Positions 1 through 12,132 of a DNA stretch of 64,000 nt are shown here, piece after piece (positions within the stretch are counted from its first letter, which is position 1; every line of letters begins with the position of its first letter). Source of the stretch: Balanoglossus misakiensis (Eukaryota > Animalia > Hemichordata); NCBI GenBank assembly GCA_040954595.2, contig CM082578.2, positions 4,260,831-4,324,830 on the forward strand, read 5' to 3'. The position numbers and the translations under genes were made by a program. The notes below the pieces were generated by a model that made no database searches, was not told the DNA's origin, and saw nothing but the letters and a program-made list of their open reading frames with translations.

Positions 1-508
1 CACGCTCTAGCGATCTACCGATGCGTTTTGAAATCGACCGTTGCGTTTTTTAGCGACAGCTGATAATTTCTGCCATGCCCAAGTCCCCACTGTCGACAAC
101 GGCGATGATGGCTATTCTTGTATGCTTCTGAAGTTTTAGTGCGGGGTCTTAGTTCAATTAAATAAAATCTACGTCGCCTAAACGCTCAGGATTTTGTCCG
201 AGGACACATTGATACACGCTCTAGCGATCTACCGATGCGTTTTGAAATCGACCGTTGCGTTTTTTAGCGACAGCTGATAATTTCTGCCATGCCCAAGTCC
301 CCACTGTCGACAACGGCGATGATGGCTATTCTTGTATGCTTCTGAAGTTTTAGTGCGGGGTCTTAGTTCAATTAAATAAAATCTACGTCGCCTAAACGCT
401 CAGGATTTTGTCCGAGGATACATTGATACACGCTCTAGCTATCTACCGATGTGTTTTGAAATCGACCGTTGCGTTTTTTAGCGACAACTGATAATTTCTG
501 CCATGCCC
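1..508. repeat. 214-bp tandem (satellite-like) repeat, about 2.4 copies visible, truncated by window start
   Basis: Unit starting CACGCTCTAGC recurs at 1, 215 and 429. Copies 1 and 2 are nearly identical; copy 3 stops at about 508. Confidence 0.95.
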
Positions 509-769
509 TCACTATATACACAAGGAGCTCCGTGCTATATACACTGGCCTTGTTGACATTCCTTCGCGCGTGTCATTTGTGCATATTTCTGATTGGGCGA
601 AACGTTACCTTTGACACAAATTTAAATATTCATGAGATTTCCTTTTTTGGCGATCGGGCCGACTGTTACAGGTGAGCCCAAAATTTTGCCTTTCATTTTG
701 GCCCCATTGTGCTCACTGACCAATAGACAGTCACTGTACAGGACTATTGCACAGACCAGAATTCCACAA

Positions 770-2080
770 TAAGACGTGGACATAGCTTAACCATAGAGGT
801 ATAAGTAAAGGTATAAATTTAATAAAAAGACTAAAAAATTCATAAAAAATAAAACATCCATGATATCAACTTAACACTTACAGGTCGGTGTGAGGTTGAC
901 ATACGGTACATGCATACCAATTTCCAAAGCAATCTGACCAGTAATTGTTGACTTACAGAGTTTTGATAAATTTCACATTTTACAAGCTAATTTGCATATT
1001 TTTGGGCCTGGCAACTTCGTTTGGACAAACTCCCATCTACAGCCCAGCCTGCACCTACACACCAAATATTGAGGTGATACGCGCAGCGGTTCTCAAGTTT
1101 TTGATGTGGACGGACATACAGACATACCGTTAAAGTCATATTTGTAGACGCAGTCGTAATTATAGACGCACCCCTTTTCTGAGCTGGTTGCAATGTCACA
1201 AATTCAAAGATTTGGAAAAACGGAAAAGTACATATTATTAGACGCACCCTGCTTTCAACATGGTGGAGGACACGCCCCCTTTCATTCAATGTGGAAGACT
1301 GACTAACGGTGATTTTCTTTGCCATTGTTTCAACTGCCCATAATTGCTGGGTCTACGTCTTTTCCATTGTCTCAGTTGCCTATAATTGCTCAGCTGGTCA
1401 ACCAACGTCATGACACATGCATGAAATTAACATATGAATACACTTTGACATGTAGTTGACCTCTCATTAATTATCCTCTAAAATCATTTACTCTGATTGG
1501 TTGAAGTTTTCAATGACTGTCACTTTGACATGTGATGCCTTGTCACCCATTGACACATGGCTTCAGACGTAGTTGACCCAGATGGTGTTGACCCAGACAG
1601 TGTGTCTGATTTCATCAATGGGCATGTAACGTAATTTGCGTGGAAGTAGAAGCTAAGTCTCAGATTACATTATGGGGTGAATATATGGACAAGACATGAC
1701 ACTTGAAAATATCAAAAACTCAAACTTTGTATGAATAAAACGATTTTTGAACTGTATATATAACACAAGTCATGCAGCAGGAGTAGAAATGTATGATTGC
1801 ATACTGGGAAGTACTTTCTTTATGACCTGATTTTTGGCGATGTCTTCTCCTGAGAACAGAAAAAGTTTGTTTTGAAACTTGGCATACTTCCATATTATTA
1901 GACGCACCCTGATTTCAGGATCATTGTAGCAGTCGAAATATTGCAACTTTGTTAAAAAACCTGCGTTTACAAATATGACTTTAACGGTACATACATCCAT
2001 CCATCCATACATACACACAGACGCAACCCATCCCATAAGGTCCCATGGTATATATGCCTATACCAATGGGACCTAAAAAT
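770..2080 (-). mobile_element. Helentron/HINE (DINE-1-like) non-autonomous element, interrupted by a TA-flanked MITE
   Basis: Terminal hairpin AGGTCCCAT...ATGGGACCT followed by an A-run at about 2037-2078. The GGAC/CATAC microsatellite tract is split at 1126/1988 by the inserted MITE. Left boundary approximate. Confidence 0.5.
1127..1987. mobile_element. TA-flanked MITE (Tc1/mariner-pogo-like non-autonomous DNA transposon)
   Basis: TIRs CCGTTAAAGTCATATTTGTAGACGCAG / CTGCGTTTACAAATATGACTTTAACGG, with TA on both sides. Internal repeated CATATTATTAGACGCACCCT at about 1231 and 1891. Confidence 0.8.
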
Positions 2081-2223
2081 ACCTGTACATATACAGTAGT
2101 TAATGTACAAGCCAATGAAGAATCGCACAACACTGATGATAGCCACATTTACACTGATATGATGCAACACTTGTTTTCTACATATTATTTTGAGTTGAAG
2201 AGAGACTAAAATTTGTTTCTTAC

Positions 2224-5200
2224 CAACATGATCTACAGTCATGGCAGTGACTTCTGATGTGGTATTTACAACATTAGATAACAAACGACATGCTGGTCTC
2301 AAAACATTTGGCTTATCTAAATGTCTTTCCATTGCATTGACTACTAACTCTACAGCACACTGTCGAACTGCTCCCTGTGAAATGTAAAAACAGGATTTAC
2401 TGATACATGTATTGCACCTGATGTCAGTCTTGCAACACTAATTACTCAGTTAATATGTATTATAGAACCACGAATAGCAATACATTTGGACATGGTTAAA
2501 ATACAAAACAATAATGAGTATTTTGATAACATTAACAGAGAAAACTGCAATAGGCATAAGGCATGTTCCCCAAAACACACAACTCAAATAGGCATTGATT
2601 CGCGACATTGTTCTTTTATATCATGAAAATATGCTGATAAATTTTTTATATGTACATGGTATATTTATCAATTCAAATTTCCTGATGATTTGATCCTATC
2701 TTAATCAGAATCAATCTGATTAAAATCAGATGTAGGGTTGGCTTGAGCTTTTACTTAGCTGAGTCTTGGCTATACTGTTTTTCTGGTGTCTGCCACACTG
2801 AACCTATGCCACAGAAGATCTAGTTCTTTCAAAGTAAAACTACTCACATCACCCAGTCACATTGTAGCTTTCTCAACATTTTGGGGTATGCATACAGACA
2901 TGCAAAAAGTAATCAAAATATGGTGCCTGTACTATACCAGTCCATATCACAGTCATTTCAGACTACAATGGGGAAAAGCAATTGAACATCCTGACTAGGG
3001 AGCCTGTACCTGGGACAAGGTAGCCAAACCATAAGACTGGACAATGGTAGCTCTCATGGCAGGGCTGTGTGTTGTTCATAACACACAGCCCTGACCATTC
3101 CATTGTCTTGTACAATCCTATTCTCGTGTGTATGTGGCAATTATAGCTCGAGGAAAGCCAAAAAAATTCATGGGCTCGGAAGCCTAGCCCATAAATTTTT
3201 TGGCTTTCCCCTCGCCCTCGCCTATAAATCAGCGCGTTGTCCATTATTTCTATAATATTGCTGTTTTCACCATGAGTTCAATTCTGAAATAGGCCAGCAA
3301 AAATTATGTATACATGCGATGCCAAAACACTCCAAATGCTAGTAGGTTAAAATGGAAAGGGGCGCCGGGGGCCGGGCTAAATACAACATTTTAGTTATTT
3401 GGCAAGGTGGTATATAACACCCTGGCAAGAGAGAGAATGCAACAACCATACATTTTCCTAGTTCCTCTGAAAAGAACACATACTGTAAAACGCTGTCTTT
3501 TACATGTAATGTCCGTAGAGACAGTTTGAAGGCGGTCGCTATGGGCAAGTGGTCGTTATGTTAAGGTGGTCCTTATCAGAGGTTTGACTGTATAGTATTA
3601 AAGGCAATAGATCGTCTCATGGGCATGCGCGTAACTTCCCAGAAAATTTTCCGTTCGATGCATTCAAATAGTGGACTGTCTTCGCTTCCTTCCTTATTTC
3701 ATGCGCACCGTATAAGTAGATTCTGGTTTTGTCCCTCCTTTTCACCCAAGCTAGTGTCTTTTCCCGATCTCCGACACAGATTATGGTCGCCGCCATCTTG
3801 TGTGAGCACTGCCTTATGGGATTGACTGTTCACTAAACGTCTGTAACCATGCGGCTACAGCTGGAACATGGGTGTGAGACGAGCTAGGCGCTTTAATGTT
3901 TATAGTAAATAACTTAGTTCCAATTGTTTTACTACAAAATGACAATGTGACTAATAGTTACCTTATCTTGTGGAGTAGGTTTATACTTTGCCAGATGTGC
4001 TAGTACTGTGCAGGCGTATTCCTGTATTTCATGACTCTGTAGATGTGCTGCCATAGTTCCTAACAACACGGCACCTGCTTTGTTTTTCAGTAAGATTTGC
4101 TGGTTCTCTTCTAGTATACTCAACTTGGCCAGCACACTCATCCACAGGATGTTGTGCTCGACAGGGTCCTAGAATATCAATAAGTAAGAATTTTATAAAA
4201 ATAGCACCAAGGGCGCTACGCTCCCATGTACATGTGGGGAAAGATGTGTGTGTAATGAGTGAGCGTGATGGGGTGTGGCGGGAGTGATGCTATGAAGGAA
4301 TATGTAGGAAATAGGGGAAGGGTGCGAGGAGGGTGTTCATGTATGGAAATGTGGTTAATCAATAATCTGGGGCAAGCAAAGTGGGAAACACTGTAGTGGA
4401 GTGGGAAAATGCTTGGTGGGAAAAGATGCGTGGTATTGAGTGGTCATTATGGGACAGTGACCATGTGTGGTGTATTGTGCAGGGGGTTGTGTGTTGGGTC
4501 CAGGGATTGTGTAGTGGCCTGGCTGTGTGAAAGTGATTGCAGCAGTAGGGCTGACTTGTGCAGGAGGACATGATGGGAATTGCGCTTGTTGGAAGAAGAC
4601 TTTGAACATGTACAGAAGCAGCTGGGTTAATTAATGTAAAACAATAAATGGTAAAAGTCCAGAGTCAGAATTTTAAGGGGAGCGATTTCACTTCAACCTG
4701 TTGCAATTTTAATGTATTCTCATCACTGCAGGATAAAAGTTACTTACGTACATTTCAACAATATAGTATGGTTATCAAACGTTCTAGTGCTACGTACTTA
4801 CTGGTATATACCAGTACATACTGTATTGTATGCTTGCGTGTGTGCGTACATACACACACACTCACAAACACACACACACGCACACACACATAATATGTAC
4901 TGGTGTGTATGTACATACGCACATACACACACAATCACATATACATAGCACCAAGTATTGCTCAGGATAGATAGGCATGCAGATACACACTCAGACGGAC
5001 GGTTATGTGGAACCAAATATTTGTGGGACTAAGTAAGAGACCAACAGAATGTGCTTACCAGTGAAAATCGTAACAGATCTAAGAGTAGTTTAATGAGTGG
5101 TCCATGACATGGTAGTTCAGGTGATGGACCGTCTCTGCCCGTATCTTTCTCCGGATTTTTGTCCTTCTCTTTCATTGTATCATTCTTTTCACAGAACTGC

Positions 5201-8200
5201 CTCAAGAAGTCTAATATGAGGAGTTCATTGGTCTGAACAACTTCCTGGAACACAATTATGATTCAAAACGTGAAATAAATAAATAAAATTAAATCAAACA
5301 AATACTTTCAACTATTCCAATCCATATTTTAAAATGTATTGATAATCACAGTTACCAGGCAAGTTGTAAAACCACAAATAAAATATAGCATAGCCAGTGT
5401 TGTAATATGACCCCCCCCCAAAAAAAAAAAAAAAATTCTCTCAAATTTTGTTTTGTATACGATAAATCCGTTTTGTATTCTAATATTCATATATGTATTC
5501 ATAATCAGTCTCATCCTGAGAACTTACAGGGAAGGGGTCGTCGCGCTGCGTGGGTGTCCCCCTTGATGAGAATATGTCCTCCCATACCAGCACAAACCTC
5601 ACTGCAGTCAGGCCCAGTCTACGCTACGGTTGGCTGATTCATTCACTCTAAGAATTATCTAATTTCTGGATGAATTGTTATGTTTATAAGCAAACAACCC
5701 TGGCGCGGCGACCACCTCCCTTTAAGTGAGTCCATTAATTTTTAAGTGTAAAAACATGTCGTCATTTCTTATGTCTGGAGTCTCAGTAATCTGTATAAGC
5801 ATTGTAAGAATTACTGTGGCTGTTTGTGCACATGCATCGGCCACATGCATATCTATTGCTTGCATTTTGCATCCATTGAATCAAATAATGCTTTGCACCT
5901 GTACTACAATGTCACATGGTTTAAGTCATTAGAGTTTTTCCCAGAAAGCACCAGTTTGAAGCCCTACAAAGTCAGTTTTTTCTTTGTTTGATTTTAGTCA
6001 ATACAGGTGACTTGCAAAAATCACCCTTGTCACCCCCCCACCCCTAAATCATAATCGAGTGCTGATGCAGTGACCTGATTTTCTTTGGTTTTTGGAGTCC
6101 TTCAACATGCGTAGCCATTTCCATTGATATTTAGCGAAAGGTCATGCAAATGGCAAGACGTTGTGTGTAAAAGTTACAGAAATATCCCTAAGGCTAACAC
6201 TGCCAAGTCGGTTGAAACTGGTTTGATTTCCAGTGTGCCTAGAATCCTGGCTCCCAGGCCTGTTAGACTGCCAATTGCGTGTTACTCAGTAGGGCTTATC
6301 AGTACAATTTGCTATATTTTTTTTTTTTTTTTTTGGGGGGGGGGGGCCAGGGGGGGGGGGTTCAAACTGCCAAGAGTGTCAAGTACGTATGAGAGCCATG
6401 CCAAGACAGTCAAAATACGTTTAAGAAGATAAAGTGGCAAATACGTATTTTAAGGGACTTGACACTCTAAACAGGAATGACACCCAGTAGCATTAGAGAT
6501 ATACCAGACTAGCACTGCATTGATGGGTAAATACTATAAATCAAACAAGAAGAAAAGTGAGTAAATTGTATATACCCTGAGGGCTTTAAAAACTTGATCC
6601 ACCGTATGAGGAGAAATTTCCACATCTGTTAACATCATCAGTTGACGACTCATATAGGATGAAGCCAGGTGCGCAATCTGTAAAAAGCCACAAGTTTCAT
6701 CTGTAAAATACTCATTGTCAATCTATCACTGTGCAGAAGTGAATACAAGATTACACACCTCTCACACCCAGCAAACCTTCAGTGTAGTTGAAATGTTACT
6801 ACATGTAATATCAAAGGGCACTCCTGAAATGGGAATATGGGTCGCAGGGCACCGAAGTCCTTTGGACAAATGTGTATGGTGATTTATTTCATTGGCTAAA
6901 AAGGGCACTTAGACTATTGACATGAAAAAAAAGTAACACCTAAAACATCGGAGCCCATGCACACAATAGACAATGTTAGGTTATGCAAATGGCCTGGGCA
7001 GGAATCTTGAATGCTTGTACATGTATTGTGTAAAATGGTGGCTTATCACAGAAGCATAAATGTTCCCTGAAAATCTCACAGTGGAATACCAATGGATGGA
7101 CAGTTAAAAACAGAGAAGTGATAAAACAAATTGTTTTGCAAACATATTATGACATAATCTGCTTGAATGAAATTTTCTAACTATCTGATAATGAATCTAG
7201 CACCAATGTGGTGCCTTCATGCATCATTCGCTGGTCATACCTGTTCAGGAGACTGTAACTGCTGAATCAAATCTGTATCAATATCGGGTTGTACCACCAC
7301 ACACCATTCATCGGACAGTTCACTGTAACTTCCCCTACCACATTTTCTCTGGTCACTTTTCCCATTTTCTGGTAAATGTGGTTTGTTGTAAATTCTCTTG
7401 GGTTTGGGTGGAGGCCCATCAATTCCTGTGACATCCCCGACATCTGATAAACTGTTTCTGCCACTTCCCCCACGCCTATTAATACAAAAAGTCATTATAA
7501 TATCGGGTATCGGCATGTTACTACTTCAAGCTCTTTGTCAACTTGAAGGGACAAAGTCTCTCTCTCGCTGCCCCCTTTCAATTAATTATGTTTGATACAA
7601 GACACCATTTATGTTATTCTACATGTGGATATAAAGTGAATCAAAGTTCAACCACACACAACTTCCATGCCGTTTGTAGGATATGAGAGTAAAAATCTCG
7701 CCAAAATGAATAATTGGTAAACACTGATTATTCATTTTGGCGAGTTTTTCACTCTCGTATCTGCAAGTGGGATGAAAGTTGTGCGTGGTCGAACGTTGAT
7801 TCACTTTATGTCCACATGTAGAATACATAAATGGTGTCTTGTATCAAACATAATTATTATATTAGTTGTTAGTACAACCATACTGTCTTCAAATTGTTTT
7901 TAAAAATGATACTGACCTGCTTTGTTCAAATCTAAACAAACTGGACTTCCCGAGCTTTATTGTACAACCTGCAAAAAATTCAAACACAAATTTATAAAAA
8001 TCTCGCCCGTATATTTATCATGAAACAAAGACCATGTGATCATAAACAAGATGGATGCCTCCATACGCCAACGAGAGCCATGTTTACAAAAGCCCATGCC
8101 TGACCCTTTCCTTAAAGGTATACGGTCACCTCCAATTCACATATCGCCATATATAGTTGAAATGGCGTATTTGAGTGTTCTAAAGAACGCTTTATTTTCG

Positions 8201-10046
8201 CGTGTGCCACCCACTGAAAATCTGTGATTGGTTAGATCTCGATTTACCATGGTAACTGTGGCTAAATTTGTATAGGTGACCGTATACCTTTAAGCATAGC
8301 GCAGCCATTGCCATTGGTGGGAATGGGACAGGGGACCAGATTAACAACACTGCACACCCAGGGCGATGATTTCTGTAGACACAGAAATTTTCCTGCTCTA
8401 ACAGGTCGTTGGCTCAACCACAGAGAGACCACGGAGAGCAAGACATTGGCAGGTGAAGATGCACAGCTTGGTGCAAGCATGGATTGCATTCTTGCAACTT
8501 TGGGGATAGAAGAAGTTAGGAGCATGTGTACCCTATACATGAATATGCATGAATGAACCAAGCTACTGTTGGTTATCAAACTGTTCCGATCCACACTCCA
8601 AAAGAATTTGAACTATAATACAAACCATGTCTTAAAATAGTCTGTTCGTCCACTTCAGCATCATTCACCAAACAGGGTGTAAGAATGGAAAAGGGAAACA
8701 ATAAGATTTCATCATCTTTGCTGACAATCTCACAGCAGAGTCCTCTGCAGTCTTCATCCGGCAAAACTAAATCATGGTCTCCCCAACCTGTGGAAATAAA
8801 GCATAATTATCAGGAATGCTGAAACCAGCATTTTCAGAGAAGAAGTCAACTGTTATTGTTAGTGAATTGGGGGATCAAGATCAGGCAATTGCCCCACCCT
8901 CTCGGACACAGTTTTACGGCAAAGACGGTCTAATCCCCCACATTTGTCCTGTATCGCCCAGGGGGGGGGGGGGGTAACACTGACTGACGCATTACTTATA
9001 ACAATTAACATGCACAGTGTCTTCTGAGATCTCCTTACTGTGATTAACTTACATACACTTGGGCCGGAGACCTATTTACTGGCATATGAATAAATAAATT
9101 TAATATTATTAAAAAGAATAGGAGGGGGATTGCCATCTGATTTTAACACAATTACTGCATCAGTGACTTGATAATTGATTGCAGTGCCAATGTGTCAGTA
9201 ACAAAAGTTACATATCCAGTCAGTACCAATGGTGTTTTCAAGCAGGTCATGACCTTTGTTCAATAGGACAGCATACAAACAGGAAACCTGATAGAATAAT
9301 CTTCCTAAATTTAACACATTTAGGCTGTTTTGCGTTTCTTCCCAATATCAAGGCCGACAGGTCAAACAAGGAGATATCCTCCTAGCCCTGCGTACAGTGT
9401 GTGTTCCCGGCGTCCTCCATCGGGAGCACCTGTACGCGGGGCTAATAATATCTTCCATGAACAGAGAAACTCCACTGACATAGGGGGATTTGTTGAAATG
9501 GGGAGTCGGCAGCTGCATCAGGATATTAGCCCAGTACTAGTACTAGGCTAGTGTGTGAATGAGCAACTGCGAAAAAACACACACAGAAAAACACGGAAGT
9601 TGGCAGTACAACTTTGGCCATCAAGATACAAATTTTTCCTGATTAAGATTTTCTCCTAGAGTTTGAAGTGTGTATCTTGCTGCATATACTGGACATGGAA
9701 TGGATACCCCGCATATTAGCCCACCTGGCCACAGAGATTACGCAGATAAAAAATGCAAGTGTGCCCGACCGTTACTTATCATGCTCGACCTCTCCAAAGC
9801 GCTCTCAGTAAACAATCATAAAAACAAGACGTTATCCCGTTTCTTTCCATCGACTGACATGACGAGAACGGAAACAAGTGACACTGCGAAGGGGATACCG
9901 ATGATGAGGCGAAACGTACCTATTTTAAAAGTCCTTTTGCTTATATGATGTGTCTTCTTGCATTTCAAGTCAAGTAAACGTGGGTACTCTGCTTCCTCGG
10001 CGAACTTCACGATGTTTACATCGCCTTCATCATTGCGCTGCGCCAT
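2224..10046 (-). CDS. Uncharacterised protein with N-terminal FHA-like domain and armadillo (ARM)-like repeats; multi-exon, 3' end not resolved in window
   Basis: Phase-consistent exons: 9920-10046 (MAQRNDEG...RTFKI), 8626-8787 (GWGDHDLVLPDEDCRGLCCEIVSKDDEILLFPFSILTPCLVNDAEVDEQTILRH), 7917-7968 (GCTIKLGKSSLFRFEQS), 7241-7475, 6576-6677, 5059-5244, 3962-4168 (GAVLLGTMAAHLQSHEIQEYACTVLAHLA), 2224-2374 (AVELVVNAMERHLDKPNVLRPACRLLSNV). All are GT-AG; the 8626 donor (GTTTGT) is weak. Start context AAGATGGCG. Confidence 0.82.
7547..7856. mobile_element. Palindromic MITE family A (Kolobok-like, AGGGACAAAG termini), right end truncated
   Basis: Matches the about 350-bp palindromic family seen at 13279, 14171, 19770 and 20736. 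Confidence 0.85.
8116..8289. mobile_element. MITE family B (Kolobok-like, TTAA TSD)
   Basis: TTAA-AGGTATACGGTCACCT ... AGGTGACCGTATACCT-TTAA; further copies at 16266, 25941, 37278 and 41493. Confidence 0.88.
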
Positions 10047-10274
10047 CTTGACATAACTCATTATCATGTGACATTAACCCGTCGTGCATTGCGAGAAGGC
10101 ACGAAGAAGAACGTGCCTCGATCCGGTTGTTTACGCAGAATTTACGCAGAAAGTTAATTTTTTTTCCGGTGTTTTCAAAACGAAGCTGTAGTGTATTGCT
10201 ATCAGGTCTTTTTGTACACGTGATGTATTTGTTAAATTTGGGACAGGAAATTTCGCGCATTAGCAATAGTTTTG

Positions 10275-10288
10275 GTTGCTATGGCAAC
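10275..10288. promoter_or_regulatory. RFX X-box (GTTGCTATGGCAAC) upstream of the FHA-ARM gene
   Basis: 14-bp match to the X-box consensus GTTNCYATRGNAAC, within a 22-bp near-palindrome TTTGGTTGC-TATG-GCAACCAAA, about 230 bp upstream of the ATG at 10046. Confidence 0.7.
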
Positions 10289-11213
10289 CAAACTCTTTCG
10301 CAGTCCTTTGTCTCAATATTGCGCGCGCTGTGACCCGCCATTTCCTTCAGGCCTGATTTGATATATTTCAGACAAATTATCCATCAAGTTTGTTTTTTTA
10401 AGTGTATTAGTCTTGAAGTGGAATTTTTTTTACATCAACATTTTTAGGTAATTTCTGTGTTTAATTCAGAAGTGGAAATGGTCTGCGATTATCATACTTT
10501 TTCATTAAAGCTGCCCAGTTGATGATAATAACAATTTATTTGCAGCATAAAACTCCTAACTTTTGTTTGTATAATACTTTACTTGCCAAAATAAGTACTG
10601 CGAAAACTGTCGAAGGCTTATAAATAATTAGAGAAGAGTTCGATAGAGGGCGCTCGTCCAAAAAATCTAGGCGGTTGACCCCCCCCCCCCCCCCCCCTCC
10701 ATTTTATTTGACAGATTACATGTTTTTAGGAATCATAGGATCAGCAGTATAAATTTCAACATTATCAGTTTTTCGGACAACTCGGTTTTTGGTCTGCAGT
10801 TGGAAAATACTGTGCTAAAAGGAGAATGCAATCGATCAACCTGTAAATGAAACGTGTGACATTTTGAAACAGTAAACCCGAGACTGAATCCAAAACCAAA
10901 CCCGAGTCTAACCTCCATCGTCTGCCTGACAGATAGCAGAATGCCACCTGTGCTGACAGCAACAAGCGTCCTTGCTGGTTGCGTTGACTGTTGTCTTTCC
11001 AAAATTCCACTTTTCTCTTTTTTTTTAAAATTTACCAAGCGACATTTTCATAGAACCGTCAATTTGTTATTTCATTTCTGTACAGTAAATGCTGGTACAC
11101 GTACAGCCCAGATAATCCCACTAAAATCATGTCTATTTTCCCACTTTTTCCATGGAAGGCAATGTAACTACATGATGCACCACTCAGAGTTAAAAGCATG
11201 GAATTTGTAAAAC

Positions 11214-11219
11214 TTTATT
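11214..11219 (-). promoter_or_regulatory. Candidate polyadenylation signal (AATAAA) of DENND6
   Basis: TTTATT on the + strand about 0.9 kb past the stop codon at 12133, at the end of an AT-rich 3'UTR-like tract. Confidence 0.4.
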
Positions 11220-12132
11220 TGCAGCCCAGGTCAAATTCATTCATAGATTTCAACTGAATTGTCAACCTTTCTTTTTCTCTAGTCACAATTCAATTTAAAT
11301 CACTCAACAATACTGAGATTTAAACATGTAATGATACATACACTGTCACACTACATAAGGCAGTAACAACAGAACTTTCCACAACCTTTGTTCTGCTTTC
11401 AATGTATAAGAAACTGTAATATAAGCCTCCAATGAATGATTCACATCAACCACTTTTTTCAAAAACAAATTTCTCTCCACTGATTACACACTTTTTCAAA
11501 TACTGTACCATAATTCCATGCTAGTTCTCAAATATATTAAAATGACTGGACTGTAGGTAAAAAAGTCAACAACTTGCACGGACACATGTAACCTGTATTT
11601 CGTGAAATCTTCATGTGTCTTTCTAGTCAATACATATTTAACGTTTTTTACATTTATGTTTTCTGCTAAAATAATTCAAAATGACCAAAATTTAATGTTG
11701 CTTATGTACTTCTATTTGTCAATCATGGTATAAATTCTCCACATGATTTACATCACTCACTGATGCAGCAAATGATGAGATTTTACATTTTATATGTTGA
11801 AACTTCTTTTAATATTTGCATTATGCACAGTACAAATAGTTAAAAAGTGGTGCACATTAGTACAAAATCTCAGTCATTGATTTTCAAAGATCCTAAGAAT
11901 TCCAATGAAGTCTCTCAAAATAGCTGAGACTGAGGTATATGCAAAGGAACAGGGTCCATGTATTTATAACAGCTCCAGCCTGCAACAATGTTTAAAGCAT
12001 TCTCAACAAGAGAACAGTTCAAATGGTTCTCCCTATAAAAAAGAGCTGGTGTGATAAATTTCTCTCCCTGCAAACAGCCATGATAGTACATATTTCTCCA
12101 TGTGGAGATTAATTTGTCTCTTCACTGTTGTA

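Noticed and set aside
1770-1849. Candidate terminal exon of the FHA-ARM gene (GEDIAKNQVIKKVLPSMQSYISTPAA*)
   Set aside because: It has a phase-compatible acceptor but lies inside the TA-flanked MITE 1127-1987 and shows no ARM similarity. The true downstream exons are probably outside the window.
4355-4609. Pro/Thr/His-rich minus-strand ORF in an FHA-ARM intron
   Set aside because: Derives from a low-complexity GT-rich tract; the flanking exons 5059-5244 and 3962-4168 join in phase without it.
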